DNA of 64,000 bases, from positions 1 to 64,000 of the forward strand of contig CDROCS010002432.1 of assembly GCA_977020255.1 (NCBI GenBank). Direction: 5' to 3'. Made by a program: the position numbers and the translations under genes. Positions 20,019 to 29,960 of this stretch are shown piece by piece. Every line of letters starts with the position of its first letter. Positions within the stretch are counted from its first letter, which is position 1. The DNA is from Obrimoposthia wandeli. Lineage: Eukaryota. The notes under the pieces were generated by a model. It saw only the letters and a list, made by a program, of their open reading frames with translations. It had not been told where the DNA came from and ran no database searches.

Positions 20019-20122
20019 GTGTTGTTTGGTTTATTTGAACGTATGTTTTATATAATTAGATTTAACTTAACAAATTGCAAGCATACACTCTAGCTAAATA
20101 TAAGATCGAGCTAGGAGTGGCT

Positions 20123-21103
20123 ATGTTTAAGCTTTTCAAAGAAAAAACAATAATGGCCCCAACAGCTATGGGTGGACTAGCATTGGCTATCGCGAGCTTA
20201 GGTTGGGCCTGGGAAAGTGCGATTAATTTGCATGGCTACGGCCAGTTAACGGGCGCTGCTTTTGCCAGTATATTACTTGTTTGGCTCGGCGCTAAGTTTT
20301 TACTACACCCGCAATTGTTAAAAGCCGACTTAGCACACCCTGTGGTAGGTAGTGTTGTGCCGACCTTTGCTATGGCAACCATGGTTGTATCTAACGCGGT
20401 TGGCCAATTTAATACCCTAGCAGGTGATGGCATTTGGTTATTTGCGCTGTTATTGCACCTGTGTTTTTTAATGAGTTTTTTATATCACCGCACGCGAGCG
20501 TTTAAAATTGTAGATATGGTGCCCAGTTGGTTTATCCCACCGGTGGGGATTATTGTTGCTGATGTGGCATTTTCAGGAAATTCAGCGTTAATGTGGCTTG
20601 CACATTCGGCGCTAGTTTTGGGAATGAGTGTTTATGCCTTGATGTTGCCTATGATGATCTATCGCATTATATTTGTCGAAAAAATTCCTGATGCCGCGCA
20701 GCCAACATTCGCTATTTTAGCGGCACCGGCAAGCTTATCTCTTGCGGGGTATTTTAGCGTTGTGACCGAGCCTTCTCCGATTGTCGTTGGCCTGTTATTT
20801 ACGCTTGCGGTGCTGATGACGTTTATTATTTACATCGCCTTTTTTAAATTACTGCGACGCCCGTTTTGCCCCGGGTATGCCGCTTTTACTTTTCCCATGG
20901 TGATTGGTGCTACGGCTTTATTTAAGTTGGCGGCTTGGATGCTAAGTAGTAATGTCGACTTGCACTATAGTACGCAAATACAGCACTTAGCTTTATTCGA
21001 ACTCATGGTGGCTACTCTGATCGTCAGCTATGTAACGTTGCGGTATTTTCGTCACTTTAAGTATCACTTTAAAACATGGAAAGTAAGTCATGAAATAGCA
21101 TGA
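20123..21103 (+). CDS. TDT (SLAC1/TehA/Ssu1) family anion transporter
   Basis: About 10 TM helices, PSWFIPPVGI, APASL, FTFPMVI; GGAG RBS before ATG 20123. Confidence 0.88.
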   Translation: MFKLFKEKTIMAPTAMGGLALAIASLGWAWESAINLHGYGQLTGAAFASILLVWLGAKFLLHPQLLKADLAHPVVGSVVPTFAMATMVVSNAVGQFNTLAGDGIWLFALLLHLCFLMSFLYHRTRAFKIVDMVPSWFIPPVGIIVADVAFSGNSALMWLAHSALVLGMSVYALMLPMMIYRIIFVEKIPDAAQPTFAILAAPASLSLAGYFSVVTEPSPIVVGLLFTLAVLMTFIIYIAFFKLLRRPFCPGYAAFTFPMVIGATALFKLAAWMLSSNVDLHYSTQIQHLALFELMVATLIVSYVTLRYFRHFKYHFKTWKVSHEIA

Positions 21104-21226
21104 GCTATTACAATAGCGCTAGATTTACAGCCAATATGTTATGCTAGTCTAACGACTGTTTTATTGTTGCTAATAAGTAATGTATGAAATTTAACGCACG
21201 ACTATGATCATAATGAGGACTACATA

Positions 21227-21739
21227 ATGAATAAAGTAATGAGTAAATTTATTATCGGTTTATTAAGTTTAGCGGCTGTTGCAACACAAATATCGACAGC
21301 ACAAGCGGCAGCAGTTGAAGTTAATTGGTCAAATTCAGATAAGTATTCCGATATTGATGCCGGCGAGGAAAATCGAAAGCATTTCAAAGAAAAAACCTTT
21401 AAAGCTTTTGAAGAGCATTTTGCTAAGCTAGCGGCGGCATTGCCTGATAATCAAACATTAGTCTTCGATATTACTAATGTTGATTTAGCTGGCGATGTTA
21501 ACTTTGGTGACACTCGACGTATTCGTGTCGTCAAAAGTATATTTTTTCCTCGCCTTGAGTTCAACTACCAGTTACGTAATGCCGATAATACCGTCGCTAA
21601 AAGTGACGAGATTTCTTTAAAAGACATGGGGTTTTTAACCCACACCAGCATTAAATACCGCAATCAATCGTTGAGTCACGAAAAAGAGATGTTAGATGAC
21701 TGGTTTAAAAAAACGTTTACAGATGAAGTGATGAAGTAA
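21227..21739 (+). CDS. DUF3016 domain exported protein
   Basis: Signal peptide, YSDI, ITNVDLAG, IRVVKSIFFPRLEF. Confidence 0.8.
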   Translation: MNKVMSKFIIGLLSLAAVATQISTAQAAAVEVNWSNSDKYSDIDAGEENRKHFKEKTFKAFEEHFAKLAAALPDNQTLVFDITNVDLAGDVNFGDTRRIRVVKSIFFPRLEFNYQLRNADNTVAKSDEISLKDMGFLTHTSIKYRNQSLSHEKEMLDDWFKKTFTDEVMK

Positions 21740-21795
21740 CGTTATGGCTGTTGTACCAGCTTTAGCTTTGTTGTGGTGTCGATGAATTTCAGATA

Positions 21796-21827
21796 ATAAA
21801 AAACGCAGTCTAACTGCGTTTTTTTAT
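21796..21827. terminator. Bidirectional terminator
   Basis: AAAAAACGCAGT-CTA-ACTGCGTTTTTT. Confidence 0.8.
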
Positions 21828-21875
21828 TTATTATGCAATATATTCAGTGGCTAGCGCCGTGTATTAGTGCTGCTA

Positions 21876-22172
21876 TTAGCTTTGTTCAAACTTTGCTAAA
21901 ACACTAAATAACTGTTCTATCTTTTTGACGATATCGATCAGTGCTTGCTGGTCTGACGTTTTTTGCCAAAAAACTAAATCATTTGCTACTTCTTCAACAT
22001 ACGGTTGAAAAGTATTTGCCGAACATTTAAAACCAGCGTCTTCAGTAAATATTGCCGCAAAGCCTGCTTGTTTCGCTTCACGTAATGTTGTTAACGTGGC
22101 GTCTGCCGCTAATGACTTTTTTAAAATTATCGAAATATTTTCGATTAATTGTTTATGTACTGCTTCGCTCAT
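21876..22172 (-). CDS. Conserved hypothetical helical protein
   Basis: 98-aa ORF with ATG, plausible codon usage, FQPYVEEVA motif. Confidence 0.65.
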   Translation of the reverse strand: MSEAVHKQLIENISIILKKSLAADATLTTLREAKQAGFAAIFTEDAGFKCSANTFQPYVEEVANDLVFWQKTSDQQALIDIVKKIEQLFSVLAKFEQS

Positions 22173-22337
22173 AATTGCTCATATTTATTTCGTGTTTTCA
22201 ATGGCGCTATTATGCCAAATTGATTTGGTTTTTGTTAGCTTCTCGAACAAATTTTCAGATTAAATTACTGAGGTTGTTACGTTCAGCAACGAAACGATTA
22301 CTCTACTCACTAATCAGCCATACTTTCATCGGTAATG

Positions 22338-23366
22338 CTAAGCTAAATTGATCGGTGTTTTATTCGCTTCTCCAGCTATTTCTCGTACCAATTTAGGCAT
22401 TAAGAAACCAGGTAGAATAGCCATTAGCTCTAAGGTGATTTTTTTCGCCTCTGATTCGGTTAAATCGAAATGGGCAACACCTTGTACTTTATCAAACAAA
22501 TGTAAATAGTAAGGCTGAATACCAATATCAAATAAACGTTCGCTTAATTTTGCTAAAGTATCAGCACTATCATTAATACCTTTTAACAAGACGCTTTGAT
22601 TAAATAATGGAATTCTTGCGGCAAGTAAAGGCTCAATCGCCTCTGTTACGTTAGCGTCGATTTCGTTTGCATGATTGATATGGAAAACGATCGTTGGCTT
22701 AAGTCGTGTTGTCCGTAATGCGTTAACTAACGCTGGCGTTATACGTTGTGGGATCACAATAGGTAAACGGGTATGAATACGTAAACGTTTTATGTGCGAA
22801 ATTTTTTCAATTTCATCCATTAACCATTGTAAATGTTCATCGCTGGCCATTAATGGATCGCCACCACTAAAAATAACTTCGTTAATTTCAGTGTGCTCTT
22901 GAAGATAAATCAGCGCTTGCTGCCAACGTGCTTTGTTTGGGCTATTGTCAGCGTAAGGAAAGTGGCGGCGAAAGCAGTATCTACAATTGATAGCACAGCC
23001 AGTTTTCACCATCATCAATACGCGATGTTTGTACTTGTGTAATAGCCCTGGTGCAACCGTGTCATGCTCTTCAAGCGGATCTTCACTGTAGCCATCTGTG
23101 ATTGAAAACTCTACATCTAATGGCATAACTTGCTTGAGAATAGGGTCATTTATATCGCCCTTTTTTATTCTAGCTATTAAAGGGCGAGGAACGCGAACGG
23201 GAAATAACTTACGTGCAGAAAAGTGCTGTTGGTATTTTTCTGGTGAAATATCGACCAATTCTAATAAGGTTTTTGGATCGGTAATCACATTTGCTAATTC
23301 TTTTTGCCAAGAAGTGTGCAATCTATCGCTGATTTGAGGTATTATTTGCGGCATTTCTATATTCAA
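22338..23366 (-). CDS. epmB: EF-P beta-lysylation protein EpmB (KamA-like radical SAM)
   Basis: CAINCRYCFRRHFPY CxxxCxxC motif, divergent from efp. Confidence 0.95.
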   Translation of the reverse strand: MNIEMPQIIPQISDRLHTSWQKELANVITDPKTLLELVDISPEKYQQHFSARKLFPVRVPRPLIARIKKGDINDPILKQVMPLDVEFSITDGYSEDPLEEHDTVAPGLLHKYKHRVLMMVKTGCAINCRYCFRRHFPYADNSPNKARWQQALIYLQEHTEINEVIFSGGDPLMASDEHLQWLMDEIEKISHIKRLRIHTRLPIVIPQRITPALVNALRTTRLKPTIVFHINHANEIDANVTEAIEPLLAARIPLFNQSVLLKGINDSADTLAKLSERLFDIGIQPYYLHLFDKVQGVAHFDLTESEAKKITLELMAILPGFLMPKLVREIAGEANKTPINLA

Positions 23367-23412
23367 TTTTTAACCTTTGCGTGTACTACGTGAACGAGCG
23401 AGCATAATAATT

Positions 23413-23985
23413 ATGGCTAATTTTAGCACTAACCAGTTCAAAGCTGGACTTAAATTAATGATTGATGGTGAACCTTGTAACATTATCGACAATGAAATCG
23501 TAAAGCCAGGTAAAGGGCAAGCATTTAACCGTATTAAAATTCGTAAGTTGATCTCTGGCAAAGTATTAGAAAAAACTTATAAATCGGGTGAAAGTGTTGA
23601 AGGTGCCGATGTGATGGACTCAGAACTTGGCTATTTATACGCTGACGGTGAGTTTTGGCACTTTATGAATAACGAAACGTTCGAGCAAATTGCTGCTGAC
23701 GAAAAAGCCGTTGGCGATGTAGCTAAGTGGTTAGCTGAAGGTGATATTTGTACTATCACATTTTGGAACGGTAACCCTATCTCGGTCGATCCACCGAACT
23801 TTGTTGAATTAGCCATTACCGAAACAGACCCAGGCCTTAAGGGTGACACTGCTGGTACCGGTGGCAAGCCTGCTATATTAGCAACAGGTGCTGTTGTACG
23901 TGTACCATTATTCGTGCAAATAGGTGATGTGGTTAAAGTTGATACACGTACGGGTGATTATGTTTCACGTGCGGGTAAATCTTAA
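23413..23985 (+). CDS. efp: Elongation factor P
   Basis: VKPGKGQAF (modifiable Lys), [21 protein letters not shown]; ATG at 23413. Confidence 0.97.
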   Translation: MANFSTNQFKAGLKLMIDGEPCNIIDNEIVKPGKGQAFNRIKIRKLISGKVLEKTYKSGESVEGADVMDSELGYLYADGEFWHFMNNETFEQIAADEKAVGDVAKWLAEGDICTITFWNGNPISVDPPNFVELAITETDPGLKGDTAGTGGKPAILATGAVVRVPLFVQIGDVVKVDTRTGDYVSRAGKS

Positions 23986-24012
23986 GTTTTAGATAAGTAG
24001 CTTATCTAGCTT

Positions 24013-24046
24013 AATAAAAAAGCCTGCATTTGCAGGCTTTTTTATT
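24013..24046. terminator. Bidirectional terminator
   Basis: AATAAAAAAGCCTGCA-TT-TGCAGGCTTTTTTATT perfect hairpin. Confidence 0.9.
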
Positions 24047-24165
24047 TATCAGATTTACGGCATGTTATACCAATCATGTTAATCAACTTGGTATTAATTA
24101 AATGATTATTTTAAGAGGGCCTAAATATCCAATACTTGCGTTATTTTCAATCTTAATAGAGCGCT

Positions 24166-24207
24166 AACACTCTATCAAACACTCTATCAAACACTCTATC
24201 AAACACT
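24166..24207. repeat. 12-bp tandem repeat x3.5
   Basis: AACACTCTATCA three times plus partial AACACT. Confidence 0.9.
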
Positions 24208-24278
24208 TTGATATTAAACACTTATTCTCGCTAAAAATAGAACACTAATTTAATGTGATTAGCATTATCGCAAGCTGT

Positions 24279-26615
24279 CTACTTTAAATGCTCATTAAAG
24301 TAATTGGTCATCATTGTTTTTAAATGTAAGGTCGTTCCTTCACCTTCACGTATGCTGTGGCTGCGGTTTGGATACGACATAAAATCAAATTGACGATTAT
24401 GTTTAATTAACTCATTAATCAATCTTTCAGTGCCTTGGTAGTGCACGTTGTCGTCACCCGTACCATGAACAAGTAATAACTTGCCTTGCAGGTTTTTAGC
24501 GTGGGTGATTGGCGAGCCTTCTTTATAGCCGTCAGCATAATCGCTGAGTAATCCTGAGTAACGCTCTTGGTAGATACTGTCATACAGGCGTTGATCTGCC
24601 ACAGGGGCTAACGATATACCGACTTTGTAAAGTTCAGGGTAGCGAAATAGCATATTCAAGGTCATTGAACCGCCACCTGAGTGCCCCCAAATTCCGACAC
24701 GCTCACTATCAATATATGACCAGCGCTCTGTCATTGCTTTTAAAGCATCAGCTTGGTCGCGTGATGATAAAATACCAACAGCGCCGTAAATCGATTTGCG
24801 CCACTCTCTGCCTTTAGGGGCAGGTGTTCCGCGGTTATCAATTGAGGCAACAATAAAGCCTTGCTCGGTTAACATTTGATCCCACAGGTATGAATTGCCG
24901 CGCCATTTGTCTTGCGCTGTTTGTCCGGCGGGCTCACCGTAAACATAAAATATGATGGGGTATTTTTTACTGGCATCAAAATCGGCAGGGCGCATGATGT
25001 AACCGTCAAGTACCACACCATCTTGTGCTGTTACTTGAAAGAATTCATGTTCAGGTTTTGCTAGTGCAGCTAATTGTTCATTCAGCTTTTCGTTGGTCAT
25101 TAATTGATGTTTTGCCTGATGTCCGTCGACTTTAATCAATTGTTTTTTGGTAGGTTGCGCAAAGCTTGAAAATGAATGAATTGCCCACTGGCCGTCAAGC
25201 GACATTTGGTAGCGATTTGAACCAGCATATTGTTTTGGCGTAATGCGTTGATTTGATAAGGTGCCATCAAGCTTACTACGGTATAAATAACGCTGTGCTA
25301 CGTTATCAGGTGAAGCGATAAAGTATATCCAGCCGTTTTTCTCATCAATGGCTTGTACGTCGGTAATATCAAAAGCACCATCGGTTAAATTTACTATGCT
25401 GCTACCATCGCGAGATATTTTGTAGATATGACGCCAGCCGCTACGTTCACTTTTCCAGATAAAGTCAGTGCCGTTTTCTAGCCATTTGGCGTCATCATAA
25501 AAGTCGAGAAAGTTTTCTTCTTGCTCTGTTAATATGAGTTCAACATCGCCATTTTTTATCTCGGTAAGGTAGAGTTTGTTGGTGTCTTGTTTGCGGTTAA
25601 CGTGTTGAATTAATACTTGCTCAGAATTACCTGACCAGTTCATACGCGGTACATACATTTCACGTGAATTGTTAGGCAATTTAGCCCAAGTGGTTTTAGC
25701 GCTACTGACATTAACAATGCCAATTTTTGCTAAGGCATTTTCTTCGCCCACCTTAGGATAAGGAAACTTAGTTAAGGTTGGGTAAAGTTCATCGGTGTTG
25801 TTGATCATGATGAAGTCTTTGCTGCCGCGGGTGTCTAGCTGCCAATAGGCAATGCTTTTGCCGTTAGGGCTCCAACGAAAGCCATCACGAATAGAAAACT
25901 CTTCTTCGTACACCCAATCGAACAAGCCATTGATAATACCGTTGCCAGCATCCGATGTGAGTTGCTTAATGTGATGATTCGCTAGCGTTTCTACATAAAT
26001 ATTATTGTCGGTTACGTAAGCAACTTTGCTGCCATCAGGTGAGAACTTAGCAAACATTAAGCTGCTATCTTGAACGTCTTTACCACCCAACTGACTTAGT
26101 TGATTGTTTTTTAGGTTTAAAATCCAGTAATCGCCACGGCTATTTGAGCGCCAAACTTTTTTGCTGTTGGTATAAATGAGCAGTTGCGAGCGATCATCTG
26201 ACCATAGATAATTGTCGATGGATAAAGACTGGTCTTGTCCTGTTGGAATTAGTTGCTCGGCAGAGATAAGCACCTTGCGAGCTAAGGTATTGGGATCATA
26301 GAAAACAATATCTTTACCTATGCTTTCAGCCTTTGCCGCTGTATCTGTATCGTCGTTAGTGTTTTTATCTGCTTTTTTAGTTTTCTTAGTTTTTGCAGAC
26401 TTTTCAATAGCAGTATAACCGCTACCATCCGCTAGCCAGCGAATTTGTCCTAGCCACTGTGAGCTAAATTCATCATCTTTATAGATACGTTCAAGAGTTA
26501 AAGGCACGTTATTCACACTTTGAGTGGTTAATTGCTCAGACGTACTCTGACAAGCAATTAATGATAGCGAAATGGCGGTTAACGCACACCATCGAGTTAG
26601 TTTAGTTTTTAACAT
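24279..26615 (-). CDS. S9B dipeptidyl-peptidase IV family lipoprotein
   Basis: Lipobox LIAC, DWVYEEE, GHSGGG nucleophile elbow, GTGDDNVH, catalytic His in RSHSI. Confidence 0.93.
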   Translation of the reverse strand: MLKTKLTRWCALTAISLSLIACQSTSEQLTTQSVNNVPLTLERIYKDDEFSSQWLGQIRWLADGSGYTAIEKSAKTKKTKKADKNTNDDTDTAAKAESIGKDIVFYDPNTLARKVLISAEQLIPTGQDQSLSIDNYLWSDDRSQLLIYTNSKKVWRSNSRGDYWILNLKNNQLSQLGGKDVQDSSLMFAKFSPDGSKVAYVTDNNIYVETLANHHIKQLTSDAGNGIINGLFDWVYEEEFSIRDGFRWSPNGKSIAYWQLDTRGSKDFIMINNTDELYPTLTKFPYPKVGEENALAKIGIVNVSSAKTTWAKLPNNSREMYVPRMNWSGNSEQVLIQHVNRKQDTNKLYLTEIKNGDVELILTEQEENFLDFYDDAKWLENGTDFIWKSERSGWRHIYKISRDGSSIVNLTDGAFDITDVQAIDEKNGWIYFIASPDNVAQRYLYRSKLDGTLSNQRITPKQYAGSNRYQMSLDGQWAIHSFSSFAQPTKKQLIKVDGHQAKHQLMTNEKLNEQLAALAKPEHEFFQVTAQDGVVLDGYIMRPADFDASKKYPIIFYVYGEPAGQTAQDKWRGNSYLWDQMLTEQGFIVASIDNRGTPAPKGREWRKSIYGAVGILSSRDQADALKAMTERWSYIDSERVGIWGHSGGGSMTLNMLFRYPELYKVGISLAPVADQRLYDSIYQERYSGLLSDYADGYKEGSPITHAKNLQGKLLLVHGTGDDNVHYQGTERLINELIKHNRQFDFMSYPNRSHSIREGEGTTLHLKTMMTNYFNEHLK

Positions 26616-26788
26616 TGTTTATCCTTAATTTTTATCTTCACTTTAAAATGTATACAATGTTAAGGCAAACGTATTCATCGCAACTTTTCGTTTGTTCGTC
26701 ATTATTACGCCAATAATTAGGGTATTGCACGTTGAAAATAACTAACTTGCCCCCACGTTAAAGGCACGCAATTTTTTTGAGGTTCGCT

Positions 26789-27754
26789 ATGCTACCAGCA
26801 CTAAAAATATCAGGATTAACGAAAACCTATAAAGGTGGTTTTCAAGCACTTAAAGGTATTGATCTTACCGTTAAGCAGGGCGATTTTTTTGCTTTGCTTG
26901 GTCCTAATGGTGCGGGTAAGTCGACAACCATTGGCATAATCACGTCATTAGTTAATAAAACCGCAGGCAGTATCGCTGTTTTTGGCCATGATATTGACCA
27001 AGAGCTTGAAGCCGCAAAAAGCTTTATTGGTTTAGTGCCGCAAGAATTCAACTTCAATCAATTTGAACCGTTAATGAAAATACTGGTGAATCAAGCCGGT
27101 TATTATGGTGTTGAACGTAAGTTAGCCGTAGAACGTGCTGAAAAGTATTTAAAGCAGCTCGATTTATGGGAGAAGCGTAACGACGCTGCTCGTATGCTCT
27201 CTGGCGGCATGAAGCGCCGACTGATGATTGCTCGCGCATTAATGCATGAGCCTCAAATGCTTATTCTTGATGAGCCAACGGCCGGTGTTGATATTGAACT
27301 TCGTCGTTCAATGTGGGGCTTTTTACGTGAGCTTAACGAACAAGGCATCACTATTATTTTAACCACGCATTATCTAGAAGAAGCTGAAATGCTTTGTCGT
27401 AATATTGCCATTATTGATTCAGGTATTATTGTCGAAAATACCGATATGAAATCGCTATTAGCTAAACTTGATGTCGAAACTTTTGTTTTCGATTTGAAGC
27501 CAAATAGTGCACCTAAGGTGTTAGAAAATTTGAGCTCTAGGGTTATTGATGATCATACGCTAGAAGTAGACGTTAATAAGAGCCAAACCATTAATGCCAT
27601 TTTTGACGAGCTTAATAAACAAGGTCTTGAAGTGCTGAGCATGCGTAATAAAAGTAACCGACTTGAAGAGTTATTTGTCAGTCTTGTTGGTAGTGGCCAA
27701 GCATCAGTTGAAAATACGGTTGATGGTGCAGTTAATAGTACAGTTAAGGAGTAA
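26789..27754 (+). CDS. yadG: ABC transporter ATP-binding protein (YadG-like)
   Basis: GPNGAGKST, LSGGMKRR, LDEPT, MRNKSNRLEELFV. Confidence 0.88.
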   Translation: MLPALKISGLTKTYKGGFQALKGIDLTVKQGDFFALLGPNGAGKSTTIGIITSLVNKTAGSIAVFGHDIDQELEAAKSFIGLVPQEFNFNQFEPLMKILVNQAGYYGVERKLAVERAEKYLKQLDLWEKRNDAARMLSGGMKRRLMIARALMHEPQMLILDEPTAGVDIELRRSMWGFLRELNEQGITIILTTHYLEEAEMLCRNIAIIDSGIIVENTDMKSLLAKLDVETFVFDLKPNSAPKVLENLSSRVIDDHTLEVDVNKSQTINAIFDELNKQGLEVLSMRNKSNRLEELFVSLVGSGQASVENTVDGAVNSTVKE

Positions 27755-27759
27755 ATATC

Positions 27760-28533
27760 ATGGCATCATCGAGAAACTTCATTGCGCTTAAAAGTATTCT
27801 TAATAAAGAAATACAGCGTTTTATGCGTATTTGGATACAAACACTGGTTCCGCCAGCCATTACCATCAGTTTATATTTTGTTATTTTTGGCTCGTTAATC
27901 GGCTCACGTATTGGTGAAATGGGCGGCTTTGATTATATGTCGTTTATTGTCCCAGGTTTGATCATGATGAGTGTTATTACTAACTCATACTCTAACGTGG
28001 CCTCGTCATTTTTCAGTGCTAAATGGCAGCGAAACGTTGAAGAAATGCTAGTAGCGCCAGTGCCTAATTGGGTTATTGTTGCTGGTTATGTTGGCGGCGG
28101 TATGGCGCGTGGCATGTTGGTTGGCGCTATTGTGACCATTGTGGCGATGTTTTTTGTTGATATACAAATTCATAATATTTGGATCATTATTGCAACCGTT
28201 GCGCTAACCTCAGCCACCTTTGCTTTGGGTGGTTTAATTAATGCTATTTTTGCCGGCAGCTTTGATGATATTTCAATTATCCCGACCTTTATATTAACGC
28301 CATTAACCTATTTAGGCGGGGTATTTTATTCAATTAGTTTGTTACCTGAATTTTGGCAAGGTGTGTCGCAAATCAATCCTATCGTTTATATGGTTAATGC
28401 CTTTAGATACGGGTTTTTAGGCATATCTGATGTGAGTTTAACCTTGTCGTTTGGTGTGTTAGGCGCTTTTATTGTCAGTTTATATACCATTGCTATGGTG
28501 TTAATTACTAAAGGTATCGGCTTAAGAAGCTAA
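27760..28533 (+). CDS. yadH: ABC-2 permease (YadH-like)
   Basis: RIWIQTLVPP, PLTYLGGVFYSI, NPIVYMVNAFRYG. Confidence 0.88.
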   Translation: MASSRNFIALKSILNKEIQRFMRIWIQTLVPPAITISLYFVIFGSLIGSRIGEMGGFDYMSFIVPGLIMMSVITNSYSNVASSFFSAKWQRNVEEMLVAPVPNWVIVAGYVGGGMARGMLVGAIVTIVAMFFVDIQIHNIWIIIATVALTSATFALGGLINAIFAGSFDDISIIPTFILTPLTYLGGVFYSISLLPEFWQGVSQINPIVYMVNAFRYGFLGISDVSLTLSFGVLGAFIVSLYTIAMVLITKGIGLRS

Positions 28534-28586
28534 CGTGCTATTGCAGTGAACGTTATAGTAAGTAAATAGATAAATAGGTAAAGGTA

Positions 28587-29276
28587 ATGACCGAGACAGA
28601 AATTACAGGTGACTCGAAAGCGATCGTCACTAATCAACCAGGTATACATGAAAAACTGGTTGAGATTGTTAATAAGCATATGACACACCCGTCGCAAAAA
28701 CCGATACAAGCGCATACTCAACAAGCCTTTGATGAGATTAATGCCATTGTGCAGGCTTTTTCAGGTGAGATTATTTTAGACTCATGTTGTGGTGTTGGCC
28801 AAAGTACTCGGTTGTTAGCAAAGCAGAACCCAAGCGCATTAGTGATTGGGGTCGATAAATCAGCCCACAGAATTAATCGTAATGTTGAAGAAGTTGAGCA
28901 TGATGACGGTAAAGGTAAGGTTGAAAATTATCATTTAGTACGTGCTGATTTAAATGATTTTTATCGTCTTGTTGTTGCCGCAAACTGGCAAGTGGCTAAG
29001 CATTACATTTTATATCCTAACCCTTGGCCAAAAGCTAAACATGTGCAACGACGCTGGCATGGTAGTGCGGTTTTTCCACAAATTATTGCCGTAGGACAAG
29101 AAATTATTCTGCGCAGTAATTGGCTACTTTACTTAGAAGAGTTTCAGTTAGCGGCAGATGTTTTATCTTTCAAAGGCGATATATCAACAGTGCAAGTGAC
29201 TCAACCTTTAACGCCGTTTGAAGCAAAGTTTAATGCCAGCGGACAGCAGTGTTGGCAGTTACATATTATTAAGTGA
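28587..29276 (+). CDS. TrmB-like SAM-dependent methyltransferase
   Basis: LDSCCGVG motif I, GVDKS, LYPNPWPKAKH (compare TrmB FPDPWPK), TPFEAKF. Confidence 0.75.
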   Translation: MTETEITGDSKAIVTNQPGIHEKLVEIVNKHMTHPSQKPIQAHTQQAFDEINAIVQAFSGEIILDSCCGVGQSTRLLAKQNPSALVIGVDKSAHRINRNVEEVEHDDGKGKVENYHLVRADLNDFYRLVVAANWQVAKHYILYPNPWPKAKHVQRRWHGSAVFPQIIAVGQEIILRSNWLLYLEEFQLAADVLSFKGDISTVQVTQPLTPFEAKFNASGQQCWQLHIIK

Positions 29277-29299
29277 TATTCAGGCATATAAAATAAAGC

Positions 29300-29340
29300 T
29301 TAATATCGTAGAAAAACTTCAGGCTTTTCTACGATATTAA
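29300..29340. terminator. Long hairpin / probable terminator
   Basis: Perfect 16-bp inverted repeat TTAATATCGTAGAAAA / TTTTCTACGATATTAA. Confidence 0.6.
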
Positions 29341-29510
29341 TAAAAACAAAATATTGGTTAAATTCACAAAGATTTAGCCAATATGTACAACCTTTACTAT
29401 TCTCAAATCCTCTTGAAAAAGCATTTTTATTTTAAATTTCAATCGTTTATTTTTTTGGCTTAGAACTTGATATAGCTTAACTACATTAACTGTGATTTAG
29501 GATGAATAAC

Positions 29511-29609
29511 ATGACTAACAATATTAAAAAAACTGTATTTATGATGGCATTGAGTAGCTTGGCGATTGTTGAATTAGCTTTAGTTTATATAGCGACGTTA
29601 GTGAGCTAA
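29511..29609 (+). CDS. Putative 32-aa single-pass membrane peptide
   Basis: AGGA RBS then MTNNIKKTVFMMALSSLAIVELALVYIATLVS*; not in the ORF track. Confidence 0.45.
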   Translation: MTNNIKKTVFMMALSSLAIVELALVYIATLVS

Positions 29610-29960
29610 ATTAGCGGTAATTAAACGGCTATAAATAATATGCACTTAAGTACTAATCGTTAACCATTAATTTTATACCGATTGAAGCTACATGCTCTGC
29701 AGTGATTTTAGGTATGAGCGCTGATTGATGTTTTCGGTATCGCCGTAAAATTAATGGCACTGTAAAGAGAAGGCGTAGACTCCTTTAACGACAAGTACAA
29801 GCTAAGCTCAAGTTCATTGAATTAAGTTAACTTTACGTTAAAATATCTTTTAAAGCGCAACTTTGGCGGAAATAACGAGACTTTTGGCTCATTTTTTATT
29901 AAAGTGCCGCACTTATATAAATCAACTTGCTTACAGCAAGTCGTTAATAGTGAAGTAAGT

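Noticed and set aside
21876-22172. Naming this ORF prephenate dehydrogenase, as similar small proteins are sometimes labelled
   Set aside because: 98 aa with no Rossmann GxGxxG motif; cannot be that enzyme
22338-23985. Absence of epmA next to epmB-efp as an anomaly
   Set aside because: epmA is commonly unlinked; nothing can be concluded from one window
24067-24097. ATACCAA...TTGGTAT small palindrome (partial look-alikes near 40300 and 48115) as a REP family
   Set aside because: Matches are too short and degenerate to support within this window
9857-24207. Short tandem arrays considered as mini-CRISPR
   Set aside because: Units are 8-16 bp, directly adjacent with no unique spacers, and there are no cas genes
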